Assembly (NCBI GenBank): GCA_031414375.1
Contig: JANNVJ010000137.1
Location: 22,780 to 86,779 of the forward strand
Length of the DNA: 64,000 nt
From: Haliea sp.
GTDB taxonomy: Bacteria > Pseudomonadota > Gammaproteobacteria > Pseudomonadales > Halieaceae
Direction: 5' to 3'
Of this stretch, positions 27,448 to 35,477 are shown piece after piece. Position 1 is the first letter of the stretch, and every line of letters starts with the position of its first letter. Below the pieces are notes generated by a model. It did no database searches. It saw nothing but the letters and a program-made list of their open reading frames with translations, and had not been told where the DNA came from. Both the position numbers and the translations under genes were made by a program.

Positions 27448-28107
27448 TTATTCAGCAACTGCAAGTCCATTTTGTCCCAATTGGTAATAAATAGAAGTCA
27501 TGGTTTGTTCATCCACTCTCTCGATCATGGCGTGAATGTCTGACCAGTGGGCCTTGTGAGTGTCGCACCAGCTGGAGGCGCTGATAATTTCCATAAACTG
27601 CTTGGGCCTAGAATTAGTCCACTGCTGAAGGTCCGCGTATGACTTCGCCTGTTCCAGCTGGATCCGGAGCATGAAGGACATGATGACCTGGGTGCGGCCG
27701 TGTAAGCCATGGAAGTCGGATTGTGACTTGTACAGTTCCCATAGCGCCGGGCTGAGCATCTTACCCACGGCAAATTTCTTTGATGCGCTGGGGTTGTAGC
27801 AATACTGGACCCAATTCTGCTCAATTGGTGGGAGCGACCATATTGCCCGCTTTACCTCGCCGCCACTGCGGCCGGATGCTATCGGAATTTTGGACTTACC
27901 AGACTTCGGACTTTCGATTGCATGGACTCGGGTACCACTGAGGCCGATATTGCGCCGACCATGTGGTAGTTTGGCCGATTTAGTCTCCTTGCCGCTGAAA
28001 ATCTCGAATATGGAGCCACTGGCGCCGGCTCGCTCCAGGAATGCCCACTGAACCGCTGCGCGGGCTCGATCGGTGATCTGGTTTGGTTCTTTAGCCGCTG
28101 CCATCAT
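27448..28107 (-). CDS. Q: Late antiterminator Q (phage 82-like family)
   Basis: Position before lysis genes; AIWSL...WVQYCY...W..IHAMIERVDEQ pattern. Confidence 0.7.
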   Translation of the reverse strand: MMAAAKEPNQITDRARAAVQWAFLERAGASGSIFEIFSGKETKSAKLPHGRRNIGLSGTRVHAIESPKSGKSKIPIASGRSGGEVKRAIWSLPPIEQNWVQYCYNPSASKKFAVGKMLSPALWELYKSQSDFHGLHGRTQVIMSFMLRIQLEQAKSYADLQQWTNSRPKQFMEIISASSWCDTHKAHWSDIHAMIERVDEQTMTSIYYQLGQNGLAVAE

Positions 28108-28284
28108 CCTTTGCCCTCTGTGTTACCCAATATTTTTATCAAAATGACCGCTTTACCAAATATGAAAGGCAATTCACCAGCCAGAACCCCATCCAACGCC
28201 GCGCTTGCTGAGTTTGACGACCTCAGTCATGCCGCTACTCCCTGGTCCTGTGGCCGGCGAGTCGCATAATAATGTCGTGTGCTT

Positions 28285-28539
28285 TCACAGTTTGGTCATC
28301 TTGTAATGGCCGCGTCGCTTTGTTCGCATCCAAACAAAGCCGATCCCGCGCAGCTGGCTCTTGACCTCTTTATAGTGCTGGCGAGTAAAGCCGGTGCCCT
28401 GAAGCCCGGCCACAAATGCAAGGTCGCCAGCGATCATAACCGTCGCACTGGCGATAAAATCGTCACCCTGAGCAAAGCTTTCGCCGGGCCTGTACAGCCG
28501 CATGACGTAGCTCACTGGTTCCAGGTGGACCAAATCCAT
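28285..28539 (-). CDS. Hypothetical protein (84 aa)
   Basis: Start re-called to MDLVHLEP (TGATG-coupled to the upstream micro-ORF). Confidence 0.55.
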   Translation of the reverse strand: MDLVHLEPVSYVMRLYRPGESFAQGDDFIASATVMIAGDLAFVAGLQGTGFTRQHYKEVKSQLRGIGFVWMRTKRRGHYKMTKL

Positions 28540-28661
28540 CAAAATACTGGCACTCCGGCGGCCGGCAACAAAGAATAACCAAAAGACAGCAGGGCTATTA
28601 ACCCTGCTATCAATGGCCATGTGACTACATGGACCAGTACCGCTATTGTTTTAGCCCGCAA
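28539..28661 (-). CDS. Unannotated 40-aa membrane peptide
   Basis: TTG start; MRAKTIAVLVHVVTWPLIAGLIALLSFGYSLLPAAGVPVF; stop overlaps the next ATG. Confidence 0.45.
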   Translation of the reverse strand: MRAKTIAVLVHVVTWPLIAGLIALLSFGYSLLPAAGVPVF

Positions 28662-28845
28662 GAGCGGTCTGAGCCTTGGCTGCCATCTCGCCGAACGCGC
28701 CCATTAAATGCGCAGCCACGGTCATGTTCTTCTCGATATGGTTTGCAGGGGTATTGCTGTATTCCTCAACTTGAATCTCCTGCAGCACTTCGCCATCCGG
28801 GCCCACTGACTTAACGATAACTACCAGCTTGTATTGTTTCGACAT
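28651..28845 (-). CDS. Hypothetical protein (64 aa)
   Basis: Strong RBS GAGGAAG; in operon. Confidence 0.6.
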   Translation of the reverse strand: MSKQYKLVVIVKSVGPDGEVLQEIQVEEYSNTPANHIEKNMTVAAHLMGAFGEMAAKAQTALAG

Positions 28846-28847
28846 AA

Positions 28848-29285
28848 CTACTTCCTCTTGGGTTTTGGCTTTCCAGCCAGTTTTGCCCGAACAATGACTT
28901 CAAACGTACACCGCATAGGCTGTACGTTGGCGTCAGCGCCGAACTCTAAATGCGCTTGGCGTTTTGTCGTAAACATACGCGGCGCATTGTTCGTTTCATC
29001 CAGGACAAATGTCCCATTCTTAAGCTGTATTCCGTACCGTTCTTTAACAACCATTTCACCTACTCCATATTCAGGGTCGAGTTCTCGCAGTCTGCGGGCG
29101 ACTCGACGCAACCCGCTTGGATCTCTCAGGGTCGGCACCCCGGCCGCCCACCGTCTGGCGCATAACTTGTGGCGAGCATCCAGTTCTTGTATGTGCTGTA
29201 GAAAGTTGAGCGCATGGATGTTTTCGATTTCTCCATTGGCAATCCTGTCCAGCACATCTGCAACCGAGGCCAGCGTATCCCTCAC
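28848..29285 (-). CDS. Hypothetical protein (145 aa)
   Basis: GTG start coupled to the upstream stop; in operon. Confidence 0.55.
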   Translation of the reverse strand: MRDTLASVADVLDRIANGEIENIHALNFLQHIQELDARHKLCARRWAAGVPTLRDPSGLRRVARRLRELDPEYGVGEMVVKERYGIQLKNGTFVLDETNNAPRMFTTKRQAHLEFGADANVQPMRCTFEVIVRAKLAGKPKPKRK

Positions 29286-29356
29286 AAGTAACCCAAAAAT
29301 GCACTGAGCTTTATCGTTACAACCACTAGTACAGCAACAATCAGCGCGTAATGCAT
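29282..29356 (-). CDS. Unannotated 24-aa membrane peptide
   Basis: MHYALIVAVLVVVTIKLSAFLGYL; GTGA overlap with the next gene. Confidence 0.5.
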   Translation of the reverse strand: MHYALIVAVLVVVTIKLSAFLGYL

Positions 29357-29360
29357 TTCG

Positions 29361-29792
29361 TTAAGCCCCACTGCACCCTCGCCCGATACCGTTGCCGCTG
29401 TCGTCCGTAAATTGTTTGTGGTGGACCAGCCCCTGCGGGCAATGGAAAAACCATGGACGAATAACTGGACCAGTCAGAAAAACTGTCCACGCATCACCCT
29501 CAATACCCAACACCAGCCTGTGCGCGTGCGTGGCCCTGCGAAAGATTGGAAGGAAACGCGGTATCTTGCGCACGCCATTCACGCCAGGCACAGAGTCATC
29601 CTTGTAGATTTCAAACAGGTCGCCCTTGAGCAAAAACGACACACTTGCGAATGGGTGGTCGTGTAACGCTCTGTCGTCATCCGACCCCATGAATTTGTGT
29701 AAATAAATGTTGAAGAATGGGTTCCGTGGCAGTAGGTGCCACCTGTGCAAATAGTTCTCGCCAATGATTCTGTCAGGTGGCCGCTTAATCAT
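29361..29792 (-). CDS. Cupin-fold phage protein
   Basis: LHDHPF...LLKGDLFE and HAHRL metal-binding motifs; start re-called to MIKRPPD. Confidence 0.7.
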   Translation of the reverse strand: MIKRPPDRIIGENYLHRWHLLPRNPFFNIYLHKFMGSDDDRALHDHPFASVSFLLKGDLFEIYKDDSVPGVNGVRKIPRFLPIFRRATHAHRLVLGIEGDAWTVFLTGPVIRPWFFHCPQGLVHHKQFTDDSGNGIGRGCSGA

Positions 29793-29875
29793 GGCCAATA
29801 CTCCGTAGTCGACAACCACATGACCAGGGCTCCAATGGCCATGCCGGCGAAGAACCACAAGAGGCAGGTCAGCAC
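29789..29875 (-). CDS. Unannotated 28-aa membrane peptide
   Basis: GTG start overlapping the ninG stop; MLTCLLWFFAGMAIGALVMWLSTTEYWP; ATGA overlap with the cupin gene. Confidence 0.5.
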   Translation of the reverse strand: MLTCLLWFFAGMAIGALVMWLSTTEYWP

Positions 29876-30567
29876 CAGCCTTTCCCCGCCCTAAACCGCA
29901 TAACGTGCTTGGCCCGCTTGTTGAAAATGCGGATTACCCGGTTGCAGTATTCGATGTTCGGCTGCAATATCGGGTGCGGACCCCTGAGCCATGCCACGCG
30001 ATCCGCGCCGATCTTGTTTGTCAGTCCGGCATCGTATCCAGCCTTAACCGATTCCGATTTGCCGCCATGCCGGTACCGGTTTTCCCCGCCATTGCACAGC
30101 TTGCATTGCTTATGAATATTCCAGGTGTTAAACCGAATTGAGGCCTTGGCGCCCTTTGGAATGAAGTGACCGCCATCCCAGTGACCTCCGCCGTTATCCG
30201 GGCGAGACTCAACCTCGGTCTTGCTGGCGCCACACGAAATACAGCCGTCCCAGTAGTCCCGGACCCGGCAATACAGCCGAACAGACTTTTCGGCACTGGC
30301 TATCTTCAGGTTTAGCTCTTTTTTCGATGGGCCTAGCGCCGCTTTCCTGGTCGCCCACGCCAGATCTTCCTCTTTCTCGCGCGTCAGCCGTTCGCGCTTC
30401 AGTTTGGCGGTCTGTAATACACGGGATAGCACTACCCCACATTCGTATGTGCACCATTTCTCGAACGACTGCGCGCCGGGCCTGGGCGTATAGGTTGCCC
30501 CGCAATTGGCGCAGACCTTTGGTTTGGTAGCCTTTGCCCGGGATCGAAGTGAGGTAGCGCGCTTCAT
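29869..30567 (-). CDS. ninG: NinG/Rap-family recombination endonuclease
   Basis: CANC...C..EC, CISCG, DGGHF, RFNTWNIHKQCKLCN; start re-called to MKRATS (ATGA overlap). Confidence 0.85.
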   Translation of the reverse strand: MKRATSLRSRAKATKPKVCANCGATYTPRPGAQSFEKWCTYECGVVLSRVLQTAKLKRERLTREKEEDLAWATRKAALGPSKKELNLKIASAEKSVRLYCRVRDYWDGCISCGASKTEVESRPDNGGGHWDGGHFIPKGAKASIRFNTWNIHKQCKLCNGGENRYRHGGKSESVKAGYDAGLTNKIGADRVAWLRGPHPILQPNIEYCNRVIRIFNKRAKHVMRFRAGKGWC

Positions 30568-31034
30568 GCGTTCTGCTCCCGCTCGATCTGCATGTACTCC
30601 GAGTCCCGGGGCTTGAACAGGATGACACCACGATCGCCGGCCCATTCCTCATGGCGTTGTAGGGCTATAAACCGCTCGCCTCGGGTCGCTGGACGCATGC
30701 CGTCATGACCCTGCTTTGCCCATGACAGGCGGATACCCTCTGCGTCCACGCCAAGCCATCGGGCCGTAAACAGCTCGTGCGCGTCCTCTGCGTTAAACGG
30801 CCTGCTACCGTAGTGGCTGCCGTCCGCCTTGAGGCACAGCGGCATTGTTGCGCCCTGCTGGGCCATCCACTTGCCCGTCGTGCCCATCCAGGAACGCCAA
30901 AGTCGGGCCATACCCCACTTGCCAGTGCTGGGATCTGACGTAGTGACCAGCAATAACTGCGTGCCAGCCAGCTCCTCCTGAATCTCAGAAACGAAGCTCT
31001 GCACGTTATGCAGTGACAGGGCGTAGTCCCTCAC
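30564..31034 (-). CDS. NinB/YbcN-like protein
   Basis: LWRSWM...AHELF...WLG...EEWAGDRGVIL..P.DSEY; adjacent to ninG. Confidence 0.65.
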   Translation of the reverse strand: MRDYALSLHNVQSFVSEIQEELAGTQLLLVTTSDPSTGKWGMARLWRSWMGTTGKWMAQQGATMPLCLKADGSHYGSRPFNAEDAHELFTARWLGVDAEGIRLSWAKQGHDGMRPATRGERFIALQRHEEWAGDRGVILFKPRDSEYMQIEREQNA

Positions 31035-31243
31035 TTGCCGGACTCCTTCTGCTGTCGTTCTCGCTCGGCATACATCCCAGCAAGCAAATAATCAGCCGCA
31101 GCCTGTCCCCTGATTTTGGTTATTCGCTCCATCAGTTCAGACACCGCGCGCTTTTTGCCGCCTGTGAATCGGAGCTGGTGAATGCATTCACACTCATGGC
31201 GGAATTGTTCGGTGTCATTGGTCACTAGAGCCCGGAAGATCAA
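31031..31243 (-). CDS. Hypothetical protein (70 aa)
   Basis: FRHECE...KIRGQAAADYL pattern; coupled in operon. Confidence 0.6.
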   Translation of the reverse strand: MIFRALVTNDTEQFRHECECIHQLRFTGGKKRAVSELMERITKIRGQAAADYLLAGMYAERERQQKESGK

Positions 31244-31712
31244 TAAATTTTCCAGCTATCCCACACTCACGAAGCACCGAGCCGTTGCCGTATGCGACCA
31301 GGCAGGATGGCGCCCCGGCGTTTGCTTTTGCCCGTGTACCGTCACTGTGATGAAAGTGAAGGCGTCCTTCGATAAACAGAATTGCGCAGGCTTTATTCCA
31401 CACATGCTCGAAAAACATGGTGGTTTCGGTGCGGGCAAATATCAGAGCGACACCGTTGCCGTGGTCTGCCAATCTGGACAGCCATGCCGCCGCCTCTCTG
31501 CCATAAGGAGGGTTACACCACACTCTCCCGTGCCAAGGTTGCTTTAGCCCATTCTGCTCGATTGAGTAGTGTTGCGTCGCGGTTCTCCACGGCGGACTTA
31601 CCGGCGCGCACGGATCAAGATCGAATTCACCGAGCTTTCCCAGTATCTCTGGAGGCGTGAGCCATTCATCCTTGAGCATCACGGATGACTGATGTGATCC
31701 CATGCCACTCAC
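31215..31712 (-). CDS. Phage DNA N6-adenine methyltransferase
   Basis: DEWLTP, FDLDPCA, VWCNPPYG, IEGRLHF motifs; GTG start at 31712. Confidence 0.88.
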   Translation of the reverse strand: MSGMGSHQSSVMLKDEWLTPPEILGKLGEFDLDPCAPVSPPWRTATQHYSIEQNGLKQPWHGRVWCNPPYGREAAAWLSRLADHGNGVALIFARTETTMFFEHVWNKACAILFIEGRLHFHHSDGTRAKANAGAPSCLVAYGNGSVLRECGIAGKFIDLPGSSDQ

Positions 31713-31831
31713 ACCACCCATCCCACAACAATCGCCGCCACGGTCAGCGCCACGGCAAGACGAATAGCAAACAGAGCGCAGTGCTCTGCGTCGCATGGGT
31801 TACAGCTTTCGCGCTTCTTGCTGTGAGTCAT
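31709..31831 (-). CDS. Unannotated 40-aa membrane peptide
   Basis: MTHSKKRESCNPCDAEHCALFAIRLAVALTVAAIVVGWVV; ATGA/GTGA overlaps at both ends. Confidence 0.55.
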   Translation of the reverse strand: MTHSKKRESCNPCDAEHCALFAIRLAVALTVAAIVVGWVV

Positions 31832-32043
31832 AGAGCCCCCCGGTTTCCATTGGTCAACCCCTCAATCCTCTCTAGCCGTGCATGTTCGTCGCTCAAGTAC
31901 GTTCCGACTTTCATGCGGTCGCTGCTTGATTTCAGCCAGCGCGTTAAATCGGTACGGCCTTTGCTCTGCTGCTGGATATGCGCTCGGGTTCGCTCTGCGG
32001 CTTGCTCGCGCAATTTTGGCCCTGCTATTGGAATGATTTTCAT
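31828..32043 (-). CDS. Hypothetical protein (71 aa)
   Basis: ATGA-coupled at both ends. Confidence 0.6.
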   Translation of the reverse strand: MKIIPIAGPKLREQAAERTRAHIQQQSKGRTDLTRWLKSSSDRMKVGTYLSDEHARLERIEGLTNGNRGAL

Positions 32044-32324
32044 AGCGCCAACCTCCCCTGCTTCGGCTCTCTCGGCACAGCCCTGAGCAGTGCCCTGGGC
32101 TTGTGAGACTTTGAGAAAGTTTTTCCGCAGACCAGAATCAAGTCGTCTTTTTTCAGCTCAGTGATTCGCCCAGATACTTCGTTGATCGGTTTGCCCATCA
32201 GATCCGCAATCTCTTGGCAAGTAATCGGGCCTCGGTCGCGGATAACCGAAAACACAGCGGCGCGGCGCTCTGGCAGTTTGCTGAGAATCGCTTGATAGGT
32301 TTCCAGGCTGTTGGCGTGGATCAT
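32040..32324 (-). CDS. Winged-HTH DNA-binding protein
   Basis: GPITCQEIADLMGKPINEVSGRITELKK. Confidence 0.75.
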   Translation of the reverse strand: MIHANSLETYQAILSKLPERRAAVFSVIRDRGPITCQEIADLMGKPINEVSGRITELKKDDLILVCGKTFSKSHKPRALLRAVPREPKQGRLAL

Positions 32325-32578
32325 CGGTGCACCTCATGCTGAGTGTCTTGCCAGGGGTAGAGGCGGCCGTGCTTGCGCCATTTCTTCGGCGCACAGAGCA
32401 CGAGGCTTGACGGTCCCGCGCAGAGCGCCATCCAAAAAAAGATTCTAATGGAGATATATTTTTTGACATTGAGGGTCGGATACTCCCGAACAAAATACCC
32501 ATAGTGATACCCCGCCGAGTAGTACCCGCAGACAAGCCAAAACAGGGTGATCAGGATCAGTGCTTCGTGAGTAATCAT
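32321..32578 (-). CDS. Small two-TM membrane protein (85 aa)
   Basis: Two hydrophobic segments; ATGA-coupled. Confidence 0.55.
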   Translation of the reverse strand: MITHEALILITLFWLVCGYYSAGYHYGYFVREYPTLNVKKYISIRIFFWMALCAGPSSLVLCAPKKWRKHGRLYPWQDTQHEVHR

Positions 32579-32751
32579 TCTTCGTCACCCTCTGGCCTTG
32601 CTGTGATCTTCGCTTTCGGTTTGGGCAGCGGGTGATTCCGGAAATAATTCCCATTCGGCTGGTAACGCTCCCGCCATTCCTCGGCGGTGACTAGTTCGCC
32701 AAGAGACTTTTCCTTTCGGGTTAATGGGATTTCGTGCTCGTGGTAGCTCAT
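32575..32751 (-). CDS. Unannotated hypothetical protein (58 aa)
   Basis: MSYHEHEIPLTRKEKSLGELVTAEEWRERYQ...; ATGA overlaps at both ends. Confidence 0.55.
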   Translation of the reverse strand: MSYHEHEIPLTRKEKSLGELVTAEEWRERYQPNGNYFRNHPLPKPKAKITARPEGDEE

Positions 32752-32936
32752 ATCGTTTGCCGAATCCCTTTATCGAAATACTGACCGTACTTTTGGAGGA
32801 AATAACCCTTCATGTGCTCCTTCGAATCGCCATCCAGCCAGCCAACATCTGTGAGCATGTCGGCGGGTGTCATTTCTCGGTACGGGATCAGCGGAACGGC
32901 CCTGCTGGTGTCAATCTGCTGGTCAAATTTGCTCAT
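32748..32936 (-). CDS. Hypothetical protein (62 aa)
   Basis: ATGA-coupled directly after the replication initiator. Confidence 0.55.
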   Translation of the reverse strand: MSKFDQQIDTSRAVPLIPYREMTPADMLTDVGWLDGDSKEHMKGYFLQKYGQYFDKGIRQTI

Positions 32937-33673
32937 GAGTATTTGCCCTCAAGTACGCCGATGACGGATTGCTGTTTAATCAGGAAATCGAAACTCGCAC
33001 GCCAGTCTTTCACTCGGCCCATCAGGAAATCGGATCGACTGACCGACTTGAAATACCCAACCCAGTTATCTAGGTCGCGCTCCATGGTTTGCCGGTGTCT
33101 GGCAGCAATAGATTTTTTTCGCGCTTCAGATAACTCAACGACGCGTGGTAGTCCCTCGCAGTGATCGTGGTAGGCATCAATGATTTTTGAGTACGGTGTC
33201 GGGTCAGCCTTCGCAGAAGGTGACGTAATCTGTTCTTTATTGGTTCTTGGTTCTTGGTTACTGGTTACTGGTTCTTGGTTAGCTATCTCTTTGGTTTGGT
33301 TTTGGTTAGCTAATTTAACCGAGTTGGTTTTTCTGGGTTTTAATGGTCTGCCGCCCTTACTGCCATTAGCTTTTGCTGTAATCGAGCGCTTCTGATATGC
33401 CGCTATTTCTATCTCTATTCGTCCGTGACACCATCCGTTTTCTGTCTCAATGAAGTATTCTTGCAGGACATTTAAAAGATCAGGTTCGTTTTCGGATACC
33501 AAACGTAACCGACGCAAAACCAGCTGGGTTATTTTGGGTATCAGCTTTTCATCGAGGTAATACCAGTCCATTAACTCCCGATAGATGTAATGCTCTATTG
33601 GGGATAGGTGCTGAGTATCTTTGCGGTAATCGGCAATATTGAATTGGTAGTAATGCAACCCCTGCCCCTTCAT
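32933..33673 (-). CDS. Replication initiator (YdaU/DUF1376-type N-terminus)
   Basis: HYYQFNIADY..DT.HLS..EH.IYR.L.D.YY; C-terminal WRASFDFLI...VLEGKY; start at 33673 (ATG) or 33658 (TTG). Confidence 0.85.
   Translation of the reverse strand: MKGQGLHYYQFNIADYRKDTQHLSPIEHYIYRELMDWYYLDEKLIPKITQLVLRRLRLVSENEPDLLNVLQEYFIETENGWCHGRIEIEIAAYQKRSITAKANGSKGGRPLKPRKTNSVKLANQNQTKEIANQEPVTSNQEPRTNKEQITSPSAKADPTPYSKIIDAYHDHCEGLPRVVELSEARKKSIAARHRQTMERDLDNWVGYFKSVSRSDFLMGRVKDWRASFDFLIKQQSVIGVLEGKYS
33241..33282. repeat. Six tandem 7-bp repeats inside the initiator gene; probable origin iterons
   Basis: TGGTTCT TGGTTCT TGGTTAC TGGTTAC TGGTTCT TGGTTAG. Confidence 0.75.
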
Positions 33674-33955
33674 CCAATGGTCAAAAAAGCTCTTTTTATG
33701 CAGCCCCTTGTGCATACGGCTGGGACAACACCGTTTCGCTACCACCGGTTGAACCCAGTGGTTCTGGCCATGCACTGACCAGCGAAATCAAAAGCCCGTA
33801 TCGCCCCAGTGAGCCACTCTCGTACTGGGTGCAGGACCCGGCTACTCGATCAGCCGCGCTGGGTGGCGCTGTTGTGGCATTAGGAACCACTGGCTATACC
33901 CTGTATTGGTCACTTCCTATTTGGCCAACTCTTGACCAGTCGCCTATTTGGTTAA

Positions 33956-34174
33956 TCAGGCGACGGCGCTATCTGATGCATAAAGATCAGGACGCAGCAT
34001 GGCTTGAGTAATGCTCGGGTCGGCTTGGCATAAGCGCGCGATGATTGACGCTCCAGCCTTGCGATGACCGCCGGCCAGCTGGGCCAGGTAGTTCGCAGGG
34101 GTGCCTGCCCGCAGAGCAAGGTCGAGTTTTTCTTCTGGCTTTAAAGTCTGCCAATAGGACTTGAATGCGTTCAT
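33956..34174 (-). CDS. cro: Cro-like repressor
   Basis: HTH (LALRAGTPANYLAQLAGGHRKAG); divergent from cI; start re-called to MNAFKSYW. Confidence 0.85.
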   Translation of the reverse strand: MNAFKSYWQTLKPEEKLDLALRAGTPANYLAQLAGGHRKAGASIIARLCQADPSITQAMLRPDLYASDSAVA

Positions 34175-34182
34175 GCTGTGAA

Positions 34183-34246
34183 ATTTAGCAAAGGCTAAAT
34201 ATAAAAGCAAGCATTTGCTTGTTGTTAGATTTAGCGGACGCTAATA
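34183..34246. promoter_or_regulatory. oR: three 18-bp operators at 23-bp spacing with back-to-back pR and pRM
   Basis: ATTTAGC-AAAG-GCTAAAT (34183), AGCAAGC-ATTT-GCTTGTT (34206), ATTTAGC-GGAC-GCTAATA (34229); pR TTGCTT-17-TAAATT (minus), pRM TTGTTA-17-TAACCT (plus). Confidence 0.85.
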
Positions 34247-34257
34247 ACCTCCCTTCG

Positions 34258-34986
34258 ATGGGAAGAAGTAATATGGAAATTGAAACGCAGCGCTACCGAA
34301 AACAAAAGCTGTCCGAATTGGTAGCTGATCGTCACGACCCAAACGGGCGCGGCGGTACAGCCAGGCTGGCAAACGATCTTGATAGATCGCCTGGATACAT
34401 CTCCCAAATGCTGAAATTCGATGGTGACGGAAGCAGGCCAATAACTGAAAAAACTGCACGAGAAATAGAGGGTAGGCTTGGGCTTGAGCGCGGATGGTTT
34501 GATGACCACCCACCCATACATGGACGCACTGCAAATCAAATAACTTCAAGCAAGGATGCTATCGTGATACCACTACTGGATGTTGCTGCTGCCATGGGAT
34601 CTGGCATTGATCGTCCGGCCGGTCATGTCGATGTGATTGAGCAAATGGTTGTCAGCAAAGACTGGTTGCGAAAAAACATTTCTGCCACCAGCCCAGGCAA
34701 TCTGGCGATCATTACAGCTTACGGCGACTCCATGGAAGGCACGTTCAATGATGGTGATCTACTGTTGGTAGACCGTGGAATTACCGACATAAAACTGGAT
34801 GCCGTCTACGTCCTGGCGCTCAATGACGAACTGTTTATCAAGCGCCTGCAGCGCCGTCCGGACGGTGTAATGCTGATGCTTTCTGATAACCAAAAGTACG
34901 CGCCATACGAAATAAAAAACGGCGATATGGCGCATTTTGAAGTGCTGGGCCGGGTGCTATTGACCTGGAATGCCAGGCGGCTTTGA
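34258..34986 (+). CDS. cI: CI-like repressor (HTH + S24 peptidase)
   Basis: LANDLDRSPGYISQ HTH; GDSMEGTFNDGDLLLVD and LFIKRL autocleavage motifs. Confidence 0.95.
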   Translation: MGRSNMEIETQRYRKQKLSELVADRHDPNGRGGTARLANDLDRSPGYISQMLKFDGDGSRPITEKTAREIEGRLGLERGWFDDHPPIHGRTANQITSSKDAIVIPLLDVAAAMGSGIDRPAGHVDVIEQMVVSKDWLRKNISATSPGNLAIITAYGDSMEGTFNDGDLLLVDRGITDIKLDAVYVLALNDELFIKRLQRRPDGVMLMLSDNQKYAPYEIKNGDMAHFEVLGRVLLTWNARRL

Positions 34987-34996
34987 CATAAAATTT

Positions 34997-35443
34997 ATGG
35001 AAAAAATAGTAACCCTGATGATCGCTCTGATGGTTGCTTCATTTTTTTCAGCAGCCGCATTCGTATGGCTATGGGAACCACAATCCTACGATGAATGCAT
35101 TATAGAAGAATCCTCAAGGTTTCAAGGACCGGCGCCAAGCGGCGCAATATACTCAGTACAAAGAGTGTGCCGAGAACAATTCCCACATAAAACAGCGCCA
35201 CCTACACCCCAAATAGAAGCTATTGCGTGTAATCCCCCGCCTACTACTGGGCCAGCAGCAAGACGGTGGATAAAAATAATCACATCAACTGAATTCCGCT
35301 TTATGCCAGAATTTATGCGGATTAATGAAAGGGATAAATATATAAAGGGAGTGATAGCCAGAAATCCAGATAAAGACCCAGTAGAATCCAAGAAAATACT
35401 TTTGGAAAGCACAACCCCGCCACGCTATGTTGCGTGCCCTTGA
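34997..35443 (+). CDS. Membrane-anchored protein co-oriented with cI; candidate superinfection-exclusion protein
   Basis: N-terminal TM (IVTLMIALMVASFFSAAAFVWLW), Cys pairs, AT-rich; C-terminal segment aligns with the N-terminus of the ejection protein at 1-916. Confidence 0.6.
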   Translation: MEKIVTLMIALMVASFFSAAAFVWLWEPQSYDECIIEESSRFQGPAPSGAIYSVQRVCREQFPHKTAPPTPQIEAIACNPPPTTGPAARRWIKIITSTEFRFMPEFMRINERDKYIKGVIARNPDKDPVESKKILLESTTPPRYVACP

Positions 35444-35477
35444 GCAATTATATGTGACTAAAAACAGGGAGAAAATC

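Noticed and set aside
28108-28284. Additional gene(s) between the nin region and Q
   Set aside because: Only 17-18-codon ORFs with no supporting motif; could be a decayed gene, but this cannot be supported.
33241-33282. CRISPR-like array
   Set aside because: Contiguous 7-bp repeats without spacers, inside a coding region; no cas genes or repeat-spacer arrays seen anywhere in the window.
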